From Centroscyllium fabricii (Eukaryota), in contig JBNRSN020000023.1 in assembly GCA_051313645.2 (NCBI GenBank), positions 4,340,001 through 4,404,000 of the forward strand: a DNA stretch of 64,000 nucleotides. The letters are read 5' to 3'. Within the stretch, counting starts at the first letter, position 1. Every line of letters starts with the position of its first letter. This document shows positions 62,813 to 64,000 of this stretch, in pieces. A model generated the notes under the pieces. The model worked only from the letters and a program-made list of their open reading frames with translations, had not been told where the DNA came from and did not search any database. A program made the translations under genes and the position numbers.

Positions 62813-64000
62813 ATGAAGATAACCATAGCTAGCCTCAACATCAACGGCAGCAGGGAGGCACGCCGTAGATTTAACAATTTCTCGGTCCTTCGGGACGGGA
62901 AGTATGCGGTGTGCTTCCTGCAAGAAACCCACACCGTTCCGGGAGACGAGGCCACGTGGCTCCTGGAGTGGCAAGGAGGGGTCAGCATGAGTCACCTCTC
63001 CAATTTGTCCAGCGGGGTGGCTATCTTGCTGGCCCCACATTTTCAGCCGGAGATCTTGAGGGTCAAGGAGCACGTGCCGGGCCGCTTGCTCCAGGTCACC
63101 GTTCGTCACGGGGGCGTGCCGCTCCATCTTGTGAACATGTACGCCCCTAAGTTCGGTGCGCAGCAAGTTGGCTTCTTTGAAGAAGTGTCCGCTCTTCTGA
63201 GCTCTATCGATGGCGGAGAGTGCATCATCCTCGGGGGGGATTTCAATTGTACCCTCGAGGCGAGGGACCATTCGGGTCGCCCGGACAGCTCGGCATCGGC
63301 AGAGAAGTTGAGGGACCTGGTCGGGTCCTTCGACTTGGTGGACGTCTGGCGAAATCTCCATCCCGACTCGAGCGCCTTCACCTATGTGAGGTCTGGAGGA
63401 GGAGGCTCCCGAATCGACCGCCTCTACATTTCTCGGGCGTACGTCTCCTGTGTTCGGGCGGCTTCCATGCGGCCGGTGCCGTGCACGGACCACCACCTGG
63501 TGTGGACAGAGCTCACTCTGTTGCGCGCGCGGGGGGGGTCCGCGTACTGGCATTTTAACAACCTGCTGCTGGAGGACGCGCGATTCCGGGATTCGTTCCG
63601 TCGGTTCTGGGCCGACTGGAGAAGGAAGCAGGGGGGCTTCCCCTCCTTGAGGCTATGGTGGGACGTGGGCAAGGCTCACGTCCGTCTCTTCTGTCAGGAG
63701 TACGCGAGGGGGTCGACCAAGGGGCGGAAAGCTCAGGTCGAGCGATTAGAGAAGGAAGTGCTCGACCTAGAGTCCGGCCTTGGTCAGGTCGTCGGGGACC
63801 CGGCCCTGCGGACAGTGTACGAAGAAAAGAAGGCCGCGCTGAAGGACCTGCAGCTCGTCGGGTCCCGAGGCGCGTTCGTGAGGTCGCGTATCCAGTTCCT
63901 GCGGGATCTGGACCGCGGCTCCCCCTTCTTCTACTCGCTGGAAAAAAGGCGAGGGGTCCGTAAGCAGCTCTTGATGCTGCTGGCCGACGACGGATCTCTG
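62813..64000 (+). CDS. Tx1 ORF2, second tandem copy (partial)
   Basis: MKITIASLNING... essentially identical to 55769 onward; open to the window end. Confidence 0.92.
   Translation, partial: MKITIASLNINGSREARRRFNNFSVLRDGKYAVCFLQETHTVPGDEATWLLEWQGGVSMSHLSNLSSGVAILLAPHFQPEILRVKEHVPGRLLQVTVRHGGVPLHLVNMYAPKFGAQQVGFFEEVSALLSSIDGGECIILGGDFNCTLEARDHSGRPDSSASAEKLRDLVGSFDLVDVWRNLHPDSSAFTYVRSGGGGSRIDRLYISRAYVSCVRAASMRPVPCTDHHLVWTELTLLRARGGSAYWHFNNLLLEDARFRDSFRRFWADWRRKQGGFPSLRLWWDVGKAHVRLFCQEYARGSTKGRKAQVERLEKEVLDLESGLGQVVGDPALRTVYEEKKAALKDLQLVGSRGAFVRSRIQFLRDLDRGSPFFYSLEKRRGVRKQLLMLLADDGSL

Larger units (their letters stand above)
59731..64000 (+). mobile_element. Second, near-identical Tx1 copy in head-to-tail tandem (runs off window)
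   Basis: Junction ...atcaaaagag|gagaggaggtctttttgcag; period 7044 bp between the ORF starts. Confidence 0.93.

Overview
Vertebrate genomic DNA, most likely from a cartilaginous fish, judging by the HE1-like V-SINEs, CR1/HER1-like LINE tails and a Penelope-like fragment. The backbone is a tandem array of six 4-exon ferritin (H/M-type, 173 aa) genes, all on the minus strand. They fall into three intron-defined types in the order A-B-C-C-A-B. Copy 5 has a premature stop, and no copy has a canonical IRE. The array is heavily invaded: three Tx1-clade non-LTR retrotransposons (two full-length, one running off the window end), several Tx1 fragments, a decayed Gypsy LTR element, three solo-LTR-like inserts, SINEs and LINE pieces. 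The most striking observation is the Tx1 element at 19549-26906. It sits 162 bp upstream of the ferritin-2 ATG, at the same nucleotide where a truncated copy of its 3' end sits upstream of ferritin-1. Its 3' UTR carries a diverged, intron-less (exon3-exon4 joined) ferritin-derived sequence. This suggests a ferritin-promoter-associated, possibly site-specific, Tx1 family that has captured its host gene's mRNA.
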